DNA of 64,000 nt. Origin: Phycisphaerales bacterium. GTDB taxonomy: Bacteria > Planctomycetota > Phycisphaerae > Phycisphaerales > UBA5793. Numbering within the stretch: the stretch's first letter is position 1; each line of letters begins with the position of its first letter. Below are positions 9,202 through 18,401 of this stretch, in pieces. Location: positions 106,675 to 170,674 of the forward strand of contig JBGASM010000007.1 in assembly GCA_044229655.1 (NCBI GenBank). The letters are read 5' to 3'. The notes below the pieces were generated by a model. The model saw only the letters and a program-made list of their open reading frames with translations, did no database searches and was not told the origin of the DNA. Made by a program: the position numbers and the translations under genes.

Positions 9202-10452
9202 ATGTCGCCGGGCATCGCGCCCCATCTTGAGAAGCCCAGCCTGCGCCCGGTCGAGGCTGTTCCGCTGGGCAGCGGCCGCTACGCCGGCCGTGTCGGTCTG
9301 CGCGATCGAACCAGCGTGGCGGAAGGAGTGGTTGTGGTCTCCGCCGCAGCCCTTGACCTCCTCGCCCGGTTCGATGGCACGCGCACTCTGATTGAGTTGT
9401 CTGCACACACCGGCGTGCCCATCGATGTCTTACTCGAGTTTGTTCGAAGGCTTGACGAAGCAGGTCTCCTCGAAGGGCCCGCTGCTCTGGCGCGACTCGC
9501 TGAGATGCGCGCCCGCTTCGACGCGCTGGATGCACTGCCCATACGCGCGGCCGACGACTTCACCCCCGCTGCGCTTCAACGAGTCTTGAACTCGGCACGG
9601 TCCAGTTCGCGCGGCCAGGATGTCTGCGCCCTTGTGGATTCCTCGGGCCCGTTGTCCGGCATTGTCGTGCCGCATCTTGACCTCGAGCGCGGCCAGGAGA
9701 ACTACGGACTCGGCTGGCTGGCAGTGGAGCGCGCCGCCGCAGTCGGGCAGCGCTGGGATCGCGTGATCGTCCTGGGCACGAATCACTTCGGGTCATCCAC
9801 TGGCGTCGCGATGTGCCCTAAGCCATGGAGCACCACCCACGGCCAGGTTCCGCTCGATGCCGCGCTCGCGCAGGCGATGACCGATCGCATCGGCCCGACG
9901 TTGACCGAGGGCAGGCTGGATCACCTCCGCGAGCACTCTCTTGAGCTCCAGATGCCTTTCATCATGCACCTGCTTGGTCCGGTGCCTGCGCTTGGGTTTC
10001 TGGTGCACGACCCGACCGTGAAGGCAGGCGCGTCCTATGACGGACGCGGCGTCGCGCTGGATTCGTTCATCGCAGCGCTCGACGATGCGCTTCACTCAGT
10101 GGGCGGGACGTCGCTTCTGGTTGCCTCCGCGGATCTCTCGCACGTGGGCACGGAGTTCGGCGATACTGAGCCGAATACGCCCGAGTCGCTCGCGGGCGTC
10201 GAGCATCACGACCGAGCCCATTTGGCCATGCTGGAACGCAATTTGATCGATCCGTTTCTCGATTCGATGACCCGCCTTTCAAACCCGACGAAGTGGTGCA
10301 CGTTGGGCGGGATGAGTGCTTATTGGAGACAACTGCCAGAGGCGACATGCATGCTCTTGGGGTACCGCCAAAGCAGAGACGACTTGGGTTCATGCTGCGT
10401 GACCAGTGCGGCCATGGCGTCGTTCGCGAACGGTCGCCAAGTCTGTCCGTAA
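9202..10452 (+). CDS. MEMO-family protein (AmmeMemoRadiSam system protein B-like) with PqqD-like N-terminal domain
   Basis: The C-terminal ~300 aa carry MEMO-type motifs (IVVPHLDLERG, VIVLGTNHFG, LVASADLSHVG). The N-terminal ~110 aa follow the PqqD/RRE pattern (KPSLRPVEAVPL...VGLRD...VSAAALDLLARFDGTRTLIELSAHTGVPIDVLLEFVRRLDEAGLLE). Confidence 0.7.
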   Translation: MSPGIAPHLEKPSLRPVEAVPLGSGRYAGRVGLRDRTSVAEGVVVVSAAALDLLARFDGTRTLIELSAHTGVPIDVLLEFVRRLDEAGLLEGPAALARLAEMRARFDALDALPIRAADDFTPAALQRVLNSARSSSRGQDVCALVDSSGPLSGIVVPHLDLERGQENYGLGWLAVERAAAVGQRWDRVIVLGTNHFGSSTGVAMCPKPWSTTHGQVPLDAALAQAMTDRIGPTLTEGRLDHLREHSLELQMPFIMHLLGPVPALGFLVHDPTVKAGASYDGRGVALDSFIAALDDALHSVGGTSLLVASADLSHVGTEFGDTEPNTPESLAGVEHHDRAHLAMLERNLIDPFLDSMTRLSNPTKWCTLGGMSAYWRQLPEATCMLLGYRQSRDDLGSCCVTSAAMASFANGRQVCP

Positions 10453-10511
10453 AAGTATGCAAAATATATGGTTACGTGCGAACAAGAGAAATTAAGTGTG
10501 ATCGGTCGAAC

Positions 10512-10533
10512 ATAGACAGACCTGTCTGTCTAT
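10512..10533. promoter_or_regulatory. perfect 10-2-10 palindrome, candidate repressor operator
   Basis: ATAGACAGAC-CT-GTCTGTCTAT lies in an AT-rich stretch about 70 nt upstream of the AhpD-like gene. The right arm overlaps a TATAGT -10-like hexamer (10531-10536). Confidence 0.5.
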
Positions 10534-10605
10534 AGTCCTTCATGGCGAAGCTGGGCGATGTGCCTAGCCGTTGATCAGGCTCAATTGTTCTTGAAGGAGA
10601 TTCCC

Positions 10606-11154
10606 ATGCCCCGGATTGCCGCTCTTGACCCTGCCAAAGCCTCAGGTCCTGCCAAGGACCTTCTTGACGCAGTCCATCAGAAAATGGGAAAAGTCCCCAA
10701 CATGATGCGGACGATGGCGCATGCGCCAGCCACGCTCAAGGCCTATCTGAGCACTTCGGAAGCCCTGGGGCACGGCTCACTAAACGGCAAGGTGCGCGAA
10801 GCCATCGCGCTGGCGGTTGGTGATGCGAATCGCTGTGAGTATTGCGTCTCCGCGCACACAGTGCTGGGCAAGATGCACGGCCTTTCGCAGGATGAGACGG
10901 TGTCGGTACGCCAGGGAAACTCCTCTGACCCGCAGGTGCAGGCCGCGGCCCGGTTCGCCCTGGCCATCAATGAGAAGCGCGGTCGGATCTCCGATGCGGA
11001 CTTCGCCGCCGTAAAAGCCGCCGGCTTTTCGGACGGCCAGATCGCGGAGATCGTCGCGAATGTCGCCCTGAACATTCTCACCAACTACTTCAACGATGTC
11101 GCAGGTGTCGAGACTGATTTTCCCAAGGTTGCACTCCTTTCCCGCTCTGGATGA
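10606..11154 (+). CDS. carboxymuconolactone decarboxylase / AhpD-like family protein
   Basis: Contains the AhpD-core CxxC-type motif (DANRCEYCVSAHT) and the typical helical repeat. Start is placed at MPRIAALDP, preceded by GAAGGAGA. Confidence 0.85.
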   Translation: MPRIAALDPAKASGPAKDLLDAVHQKMGKVPNMMRTMAHAPATLKAYLSTSEALGHGSLNGKVREAIALAVGDANRCEYCVSAHTVLGKMHGLSQDETVSVRQGNSSDPQVQAAARFALAINEKRGRISDADFAAVKAAGFSDGQIAEIVANVALNILTNYFNDVAGVETDFPKVALLSRSG

Positions 11155-11325
11155 TCCAAGACGATCATCCATTGCCCTGATACCCATGGATTCGGGACCT
11201 GCTTGCATCCGGTTTCTCCCTCCGGCGAGCTTGGTAGCCCGGACATGGGGTCGGGGTATTTTTCAAGTTGACGTCGTGCAGGGTGTGCCGCAACCGCGGC
11301 AATAATCCCGTTCAGTCTCCCTCTT

Positions 11326-11895
11326 ATGCCCCAGCTGTCATCCAACTCCGAAGCCCGCGCTCGCATCCTTGCCGTCGCAGGCGATCTCTTTTACCGGGAG
11401 GGATTTCGCGCTGTCGGCGTGGATCGCATTGTCGCGGAATCTGGCGTGGCCAAGATGACCTTTTACCGCCACTTTCCCTCCAAGGACGATTTGCTGGTAG
11501 CCGTCCTTGAGCATCGGCGGCAGCAATGGCACGAGTGGTTCACCGAACGAGTTGAGCACAATCGTGCGGAAGGAGCCGGCGCTCTATCCGCAATTTTTGA
11601 TGCTCTGGAAGAGTGGGTGAGCATGCCCGGATTTCGGGGCTGCCCCTTTGCAAATACCTGCACCGAACTCGCCGACCCCGACCACCCGGGACACGCCGTC
11701 GGGGTTGCGCACGTCGAGGCGCTCGTCATGCGCCTGGAGGCCGCGATCCGTGCCGAAGGCGAACGCCCCGCGGAACCGACCGCACGCGAAATCCTTCTTT
11801 TGATCAATGGCGCCTTGCTGTGCGCCGCCCTGAGTGAGTCGCCCGAGCCTATCCAGTGGGCCCGCCGCGCGGCCCAGCGTCTCATTCAGCCCTGA
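11326..11895 (+). CDS. TetR/AcrR-family transcriptional regulator
   Basis: N-terminal HTH ARARILAVAGDLFYREGFRAVGVDRIVAESGVAKMTFYRHFPSKDDLL. Confidence 0.9.
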   Translation: MPQLSSNSEARARILAVAGDLFYREGFRAVGVDRIVAESGVAKMTFYRHFPSKDDLLVAVLEHRRQQWHEWFTERVEHNRAEGAGALSAIFDALEEWVSMPGFRGCPFANTCTELADPDHPGHAVGVAHVEALVMRLEAAIRAEGERPAEPTAREILLLINGALLCAALSESPEPIQWARRAAQRLIQP

Positions 11896-13151
11896 ATGCG
11901 GGTTTGGTCCTCGGCTGGCCCGGGCGCGCCCAGTTCCGCCAGCAGGGTCTGCGCCAAGGCCTTGTCGTCGGCGCTGCGCAGTTTCCCCGCCGCCTGTGTG
12001 AGCAACACGCGGGCTTCCTCAGCGCGCCGCAGGTATCGGGTCAGGATGAGGCCAAGGATCAGCTGCACCTGCTCGATCCGCGGCGCCGTGGGATAGCGCG
12101 CCAAATACGCGCGATAGGCCATGGCCGCCTGTGCGTAGTCTTCTTCGGCAAATAGCGCGTTCCCGATTTCCACCTGCTGGTCCCGATTGAAGACCGCTGC
12201 CTCCTCGTGTTGTGCGGTCAGAGCCCTGTATGCCTTAAGGGCTGCCGGACGGTCCTGCCGGCTCAATGCCTCGCTGACCTGCGTGCGCAGCGCCAGGGCC
12301 GCGTCAGGGAGCGCGCTGGCGGCAGGCTTCATGAGGGGGGTCTTTTGATTAGGCGCCCCGCGTTGCGCCCGCCATGGGTCAAAACCGCGGTCAGCCATCG
12401 CGGCAAATTCCTGCCGTCGCCGCCACTGACTATACATCGTCATCATGTCGTACGGCTCGCGCGGCAGAACGCGGATCCACAGCAGGCTCATGGCGAACAG
12501 GAACCCGAAAATCGTGCCCCCGATGTGCGCGAAGTAGGCGACCTGCTCGTAGCCCCGAAGCTGGAAGAAGACATCGCATGCGAACGAGAACAGGATGACC
12601 CACAGGGCGGGGAGTTCGTAGGTGGTGATGATCAGGAACCAAAACAGCAATCGCACCCTGGTTAATGGGAAGAACGCCAGAAATGCCCCGGTGACGCCCG
12701 CGATCGCGCCGCTCGCTCCCAGCGAGGGTGCGGGAGAAATGACCAGCTGCGCCAGACCCGCCAGAATTCCCGCAGTGAGGTAGAACAGAAGGTAACCCCA
12801 ACGTCCGAGGCGGTCTTCCACCGCATTCCCGAACACCCAGAGAAACACCATGTTGCCTGCCAGGTGCCAGGGACCTTCGCCGAACAGGTCCGAGTGAATG
12901 AATTGGTGGGTAACAAACTGCCAAACGCGATGGGATGACTGCAGAGACGAGATGACGTCAGCCGGAAGGGCCTGTCCCTGCAGGAGACCCCCAAAGTGGG
13001 TATCCGGCTGCAGAACCCAATGCAGAATCAGCCACTCGCGCAAAGATGTGGATGCCGACGCTGATACGGCGATGGCGACATTAATCGCAATCAACGTGTA
13101 ATTCACCAACGGCGTGCGGCGAATGGGGCGATCAGTGGAAATGGGAATCAT
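11886..13151 (-). CDS. rhomboid-family intramembrane serine protease with C-terminal TPR-like domain
   Basis: Rhomboid motifs are present: HQFIHSDLF..HLAGNMVFLWVFG, the catalytic GASGAIAGVTGAFLAF and HIGGTIFG. Start is placed at MIPISTDRP (13151), because the 658-aa ORF-track extension is antisense to citrate synthase. Confidence 0.8.
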   Translation of the reverse strand: MIPISTDRPIRRTPLVNYTLIAINVAIAVSASASTSLREWLILHWVLQPDTHFGGLLQGQALPADVISSLQSSHRVWQFVTHQFIHSDLFGEGPWHLAGNMVFLWVFGNAVEDRLGRWGYLLFYLTAGILAGLAQLVISPAPSLGASGAIAGVTGAFLAFFPLTRVRLLFWFLIITTYELPALWVILFSFACDVFFQLRGYEQVAYFAHIGGTIFGFLFAMSLLWIRVLPREPYDMMTMYSQWRRRQEFAAMADRGFDPWRAQRGAPNQKTPLMKPAASALPDAALALRTQVSEALSRQDRPAALKAYRALTAQHEEAAVFNRDQQVEIGNALFAEEDYAQAAMAYRAYLARYPTAPRIEQVQLILGLILTRYLRRAEEARVLLTQAAGKLRSADDKALAQTLLAELGAPGPAEDQTRIQG

Positions 13152-13280
13152 GGCAGCGCGACTCCATCGTAGGCGACTCTGCTGGCGATCTGCGCGTTTT
13201 AGCCTACCATGGCAGCTTGGATATGGAGGCGCTCGTGGGATGTTCAAACGCTTCCTTCGCGACTTGCAACCGGAGCACAC

Positions 13281-14441
13281 ATGTCCACTACCGCCGCTGG
13301 AACAACTCTCTCTACCGCAGCCAGAGGTCTCGAAGGGGTCTCTGCTGCCGAAACCGAAATGTCCTGGGTCGATGGGGCCAACGGCGTTTTGCTGTACGTG
13401 GGCATTCCTATCGGCGAACTGGCCACCCACTCCACGTTTGAAGAGACTGTGTATCTTCTGTGGAACCGGCGCTTGCCCAACCGCCGCGAGCTCGACCAGT
13501 TCACGGCCGAGATCCGCGCAGCCTACGCCCTGCCCGCACCGCTCATCTCCCTGATCCAGCAGATGCCCAAGAACGCGCCGCCCATTCACGTGCTGCGCAC
13601 GTTGGTCAGCTCCATGGCCTCTTTTGACCCCAAGCCCGATGACACGTCGGTCGAGGGTCTCCGGGCGCGCGGCCTCAACATCATGGCCAAAGTGCCGGCC
13701 CTCCTCGCGTACTTCGACCGCTTCCGCAAGGGAAGGCCGTTTGTCGCTCCGGACACCAGCCTCAACGTCGCCGGCAACTTCCTCTACATGCTCAATGGCC
13801 AGAAGCCCACCGAAACCATGAACCGGGCCCTGGACGTCTGCCTCATCCTGCACACCGACCACGGCCTCAACGCCTCAACCTTCACCGCCCGCGTCATCGC
13901 CTCCACCCTCTCCGACATGTATTCGTGCATCACCGGCGCCATCGGCGCCCTCAAGGGACCGCTCCATGGCGGCGCCAATGAAGTCGTCATGCACATGCTC
14001 AACGAGATCGGCTCCATCGACAAGGTCGAGGTGTACATCAAGGCCAAACTCGAGAAGAAGGACAAGGTGATGGGCTTCGGTCACCGCGTCTACAAGGCCT
14101 ACGACCCGCGGGCGCGCTTCCTGAAGGCGTTCTCGAAGGACCTGGCCCAGCAAACCGGCAACATGAAGTACTACGAGATGTCCGCGAAGATTGAGCAGGT
14201 GATGGCCGACGCCGTCGCCGCACGCGGCATCTATCCCAACGTCGATTTCTACTCAGCCACCACCTATCACTGCATCGGCCTCGACCTCGATCTGTTCACC
14301 CCCATGTTCGCGATCGCCCGCGTGGGCGGCTGGGCCGGCCACGTCATCGAGCAGCGATCCCACAATCGCCTCATCCGCCCCTCATCGGACTACACCGGCC
14401 CCAAGGATGCGCCCTACGTCCCCATCGACCAGCGCGCCTGA
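13281..14441 (+). CDS. gltA: citrate synthase
   Basis: GLEGV...ETEMSWVDG..GVLLYVGIPIGEL, LILHTDHGLNASTF, GPLHGGANE and GFGHRVYKAYDPRA are canonical citrate synthase blocks. Start at the ATG at 13281, after GGAG. Confidence 0.9.
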   Translation: MSTTAAGTTLSTAARGLEGVSAAETEMSWVDGANGVLLYVGIPIGELATHSTFEETVYLLWNRRLPNRRELDQFTAEIRAAYALPAPLISLIQQMPKNAPPIHVLRTLVSSMASFDPKPDDTSVEGLRARGLNIMAKVPALLAYFDRFRKGRPFVAPDTSLNVAGNFLYMLNGQKPTETMNRALDVCLILHTDHGLNASTFTARVIASTLSDMYSCITGAIGALKGPLHGGANEVVMHMLNEIGSIDKVEVYIKAKLEKKDKVMGFGHRVYKAYDPRARFLKAFSKDLAQQTGNMKYYEMSAKIEQVMADAVAARGIYPNVDFYSATTYHCIGLDLDLFTPMFAIARVGGWAGHVIEQRSHNRLIRPSSDYTGPKDAPYVPIDQRA

Positions 14442-14498
14442 TTGAGCAACGCCGCGCGGAATCCCGACTTCCATTCCCCACCACTGTACAATCGCGCG

Positions 14499-17400
14499 AT
14501 GCCCGCCTCCGCCGATCAGTCCGCCGCTGCGCCCAGGTTCGTCCACCTGCACGTCCACACCGAGTACAGCCTGCTCGACGGCGGTAATCGCGTCGACAAG
14601 CTCGTCAAACGCGTCAAGGAACTCGGCATGGATTCCGTGGCCGTCACCGACCACGGCAACCTCTTCGGTGCCATCGAATTCTACAGCGCGGCCAAGGACG
14701 CCGGTGTGCGCCCCATCGTGGGCATCGAGGCCTACATGGCCCCTGGGGATCGCCGCGACCGCACCTACACGGGCGGCAAGGGCGAGTCGGCCGTCAAGGA
14801 TGGCGGCTACCACCTGCTGCTGCTTGCTCAGAACCGCACCGGCTTTGCCAATCTCCTCAGACTTTCCTCACTTGCGTATCTCGAGGGCTTTTACTACAAG
14901 CCGCGCATTGACAAGGAATCGCTCAAGGCCCATAGCGAAGGGTTGATCTGCACGTCCGCGTGCCTTGCCGGGGAGATTCCCTCCGCCCTCTTCAAATCCG
15001 ACCGCAAGAAAGCACGCGAGATTGCCGAGTGGTACCTCTCCGTCTTCGGGCCCGAGCGCTTCTTCATCGAAATTCAAAAGCACATCCCCGAGCAGGACGC
15101 CGTCAATCCGGAACTGATCGACTTGGCCGACCGCATGGGCATCGGCGTCGTCGCCACCAACGACGCCCACTTCCTCCGCTCCTCCGACCACGCGATGCAC
15201 GACTGCCTCTGCTGCATCTCCACCGGCCGGCTGCTCAGCGAGGAAAGCCGGCTCAAATACCCGACCCAGTTGTACATCAAGTCTCCCGAGGAGATGCTCG
15301 CCGCCAGTGATCTCCCGCGCTGGAAAGACGCCTGCGCCCAATCCGTCTCCATCGCCGCGCTGTGCGATGTGGGTCTGGATTTCAGCCGCAGCTATGCCCC
15401 GGTCGTCAAACCCATCCTGCCCGAGGCCGCCAAGAAGAAGGACACCGCGCTCGCCTACCAAGGCGGCGACCGCACCGCGTGGTACAAGGAGTATTGCGCC
15501 CGCTATCGCCTCGAACCCTTCGACCAGACCGCGGACAAGGCTCTGAGCCCCGAAGCCCTTCAGAAGGGCTGCGACGAAGCCCTCCGACAACTCTCCGAAG
15601 CCGGCCTCATCTGGCGCTACGGCACAAAAGGCATCACCCCGGAAATCCGCGCACGCCTCGACCGCGAACTCAAGATCCTCTCCGACAAGAAAATCTCCGC
15701 CTACTTCCTCATCGTCTGGGACTTCGTGAACTGGGCTCGTCAGCAGGGCATTCCCGCCCTAGCTCGTGGTTCCGGTGTCGGCACGATGGTCGGCTACGTC
15801 CTGGGCCTCTCCAACGCCTGCCCCGTCCGTTACGGCCTCCTCTTCGAACGCTTCACCGACCCCGACCGCAGCGAATACCCCGATATCGACATCGACATCT
15901 GCCAGGACGGCCGCGCCGCCGTGCTCGATTACGTCCGTCGCAAATACGGTCACGTGGCTCAGATCATCACCTTCGGCACCCTCAAAGCCCGCGCCGCCAT
16001 CAAGGACGTCGGCCGTGTGCTGGGCTTCACCCCCGCCGAAACCCAGCGCCTCTGCAACCTCGTCCCTGAGCAGCTCAATATCACCCTCGAAGAAGCCATC
16101 GCCCGCGAACCTGAACTCAAGGAGGAGTACGAAGGCAAACAGGAAGTCCGCCGACTCCTCGACATCGCGCGCGAACTCGAAGGCCACACCCGCAACAGCG
16201 GAGTCCACGCCGCCGGCGTCGTCATCGCCACCCAGCCCCTGGACACCATCGTTCCGTTGTGCAAAGCGTCCGGCGAGGACGACAACGCCGAGACCGTGAC
16301 CCAGTGGGACGGTCCCACCGTCGAGAAAATCGGCCTGCTCAAGATGGACTTCCTGGGCCTGCGCACCCTTTCCATCATCGAGCGCTGCAAGAAACTCGTC
16401 CGCGAATCACTCGCCCCCGAGGCGATTCGCGCCGCCGCCGGAATCACTGACGCGGATCGTGACCCGCTCGATCTCGACCGCCTCGCCTTTGACGATCCCA
16501 TCGTCTTTGAACTCTTCGCGCGCGGGGATACCGCCGGCGTCTTTCAGTTTGAGTCCGGCGGCATGCGCCGCCTGCTCATGGAGATGAAGCCCGATCGGCT
16601 GGAAGACCTCATCGCCGCCAACGCGCTCTACCGCCCCGGCCCGATGGATCTCATCCCTCATTACAACCGCAGAAAACACCGGCAGGAGCCCGTGCCCGCG
16701 GTTCACGAGATCGTCGATCGCTTCACGGCCGAGACCTACGGCGTGATGGTGTACCAGGAGCAGGTCATGCAGATCTGCCACGAATTAGGCGGCATCCCGC
16801 TCCGCTCCGCCTACACGCTCATCAAGGCCATTTCCAAGAAAAAGGAAAAGACCATCAACGAGCAGCGCCCCGTCTTCGTGCAGGGCGCTGTGGGCAAGGG
16901 CCTCGACAAGGTCAAGGCCGAGGAACTTTTCGAACTCATTCTGAAGTTTGCAGGCTACGGCTTCAACAAGAGCCACTCGACCGGCTACGCCATCGTCGCC
17001 TACCAGACGGCCTGGCTCAAGACGTACTTTCCAAACCAGTACATGGCCGCCATGCTCACCTTCGAGTCCCAGGCTCAAAAGGTCAGCGACTGGAGCGCCT
17101 ACCTCGAGGACTGCCGCAAGACCTTTTTCCCCGATGGTCACGTCGGCGTCGAAGTCAAACCTCCCGAAATCAACCTGTCCGATGCGGACTTCAGCGTCGT
17201 GTACGCATCCGACGAGCCGCGCGATCACAACCACGGACACGTTCGTTTCGGCCTGCGCGCCATCAAGGGCGCCGGCGAAAAGGCCATCGCCGCCATCATC
17301 GCCGAGCGCCACAAACGCGGGCCGTATCGCTCCCTCTTCGACTTCTGCGAGCGCGTCCCCGGCACCGCGGTCAACAAGGCGACCGTCGAGTCGCTCATCA

Positions 17401-18389
17401 AGGCCGGCGCCTTTGACATCATCCACGGCGTCTCATCCCGCGCCGCCATGGTCGATGCCGTTGAAGGCGCCATGTCCGCCGGGGCCGCTCTGGCTGCCGA
17501 CCGCGCTGCTGGTCAGACCGTGCTCTTTGGCGGCGGGGGAAGCGCCGCAGGTGAGGAAACGCCCTCCGCCCACTCCGGCAGTGGTCATCGCAATGGGTCT
17601 TCCAATGGGTCCAGCCCCTCACCCGCAGATCCGCCGCTGCCCAAGGTTTCCCCCTGGGACGTGCACACGACCCTCACTTACGAGAAGGAAGTCCTCGGGT
17701 TTTATGTCTCCAGCCACCCGCTTGATCGCTGGAAGGCCTATCTCTCCGAATTCGCCACCACCGACACCCAGCGCATCAACGAAGCCTCCGACAACGCCAT
17801 GATCGTCATCGGGGGGGTCTTGACCCGGGTCCGGCCCACCTTTGTGAAGAACGGCCGCTCCGCAGGACAGAAAATGGCGATGATCACGCTTGAAGATCAG
17901 CGCGGCACGATCGATGGCGTTCTCTTTTCCGACACCTATGCCAAGTGTGGGGAACTGCTGCAGACCGAGGCGGTGGTCTTCCTCATCGGCGAGGTCGATC
18001 GTTCGCGCGGAGCAGTCAACGTCCGGGTGAACAAGGTGATTCCCGTCGAGCGAGCATCCGCTGAGTTGGCCGGCGCACTTGAGATTTCGATCACCGATGG
18101 AGAAGGTGCGACGGGGACGCTTGCCACTGTGGCAGGTCTGCTCGGTCAGCACGCCCGGCTCACCACCGGCGGCCGCATGGTGCCCGTCCGCCTCCGCCTC
18201 CGCACCGGCCCGCAGGACGTCGTGGTGGAGGCCGGCCGTGTGCGGGTCACGCCCACGGAAGACCTGCTCTCTCATTTGCGCGATTGGGTCGGGCCGGAGG
18301 GTGTCGTGGTCCGTGGCGGCGCACCCCTGCCGGTCGTGCGAGAGCGACGCTGGGGAGGTAACGGCCGCGGGGGCGATGACGAAGGCTGA
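14499..18389 (+). CDS. dnaE: DNA polymerase III alpha subunit
   Basis: PHP domain FVHLHVHTEYSLLDG, followed by polymerase core, HhH and OB regions. About 1296 aa are open. Start at the ATG at 14499, or the TTG at 14442. Confidence 0.95.
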   Translation: MPASADQSAAAPRFVHLHVHTEYSLLDGGNRVDKLVKRVKELGMDSVAVTDHGNLFGAIEFYSAAKDAGVRPIVGIEAYMAPGDRRDRTYTGGKGESAVKDGGYHLLLLAQNRTGFANLLRLSSLAYLEGFYYKPRIDKESLKAHSEGLICTSACLAGEIPSALFKSDRKKAREIAEWYLSVFGPERFFIEIQKHIPEQDAVNPELIDLADRMGIGVVATNDAHFLRSSDHAMHDCLCCISTGRLLSEESRLKYPTQLYIKSPEEMLAASDLPRWKDACAQSVSIAALCDVGLDFSRSYAPVVKPILPEAAKKKDTALAYQGGDRTAWYKEYCARYRLEPFDQTADKALSPEALQKGCDEALRQLSEAGLIWRYGTKGITPEIRARLDRELKILSDKKISAYFLIVWDFVNWARQQGIPALARGSGVGTMVGYVLGLSNACPVRYGLLFERFTDPDRSEYPDIDIDICQDGRAAVLDYVRRKYGHVAQIITFGTLKARAAIKDVGRVLGFTPAETQRLCNLVPEQLNITLEEAIAREPELKEEYEGKQEVRRLLDIARELEGHTRNSGVHAAGVVIATQPLDTIVPLCKASGEDDNAETVTQWDGPTVEKIGLLKMDFLGLRTLSIIERCKKLVRESLAPEAIRAAAGITDADRDPLDLDRLAFDDPIVFELFARGDTAGVFQFESGGMRRLLMEMKPDRLEDLIAANALYRPGPMDLIPHYNRRKHRQEPVPAVHEIVDRFTAETYGVMVYQEQVMQICHELGGIPLRSAYTLIKAISKKKEKTINEQRPVFVQGAVGKGLDKVKAEELFELILKFAGYGFNKSHSTGYAIVAYQTAWLKTYFPNQYMAAMLTFESQAQKVSDWSAYLEDCRKTFFPDGHVGVEVKPPEINLSDADFSVVYASDEPRDHNHGHVRFGLRAIKGAGEKAIAAIIAERHKRGPYRSLFDFCERVPGTAVNKATVESLIKAGAFDIIHGVSSRAAMVDAVEGAMSAGAALAADRAAGQTVLFGGGGSAAGEETPSAHSGSGHRNGSSNGSSPSPADPPLPKVSPWDVHTTLTYEKEVLGFYVSSHPLDRWKAYLSEFATTDTQRINEASDNAMIVIGGVLTRVRPTFVKNGRSAGQKMAMITLEDQRGTIDGVLFSDTYAKCGELLQTEAVVFLIGEVDRSRGAVNVRVNKVIPVERASAELAGALEISITDGEGATGTLATVAGLLGQHARLTTGGRMVPVRLRLRTGPQDVVVEAGRVRVTPTEDLLSHLRDWVGPEGVVVRGGAPLPVVRERRWGGNGRGGDDEG

Positions 18390-18401
18390 AGCGCGCCGTC
18401 G

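Noticed and set aside
11149-11170. Inverted repeat GGATGATC-CAAGAC-GATCATCC at the AhpD-like stop codon as a terminator
   Set aside because: The 8-bp stem has no following T-tract and overlaps the coding end. It could be a weak hairpin or chance, so I did not call it.
11886-13862. 658-aa ORF-track call for the rhomboid gene, and similar long 5' extensions at 8630-9535, 13209, 14442, 53058, 54757, 61575 and 54607-55047
   Set aside because: The extensions overlap well-supported genes on the other strand or upstream terminators, and they lack family-conserved sequence. I chose internal starts that match family N-termini and/or SD motifs.
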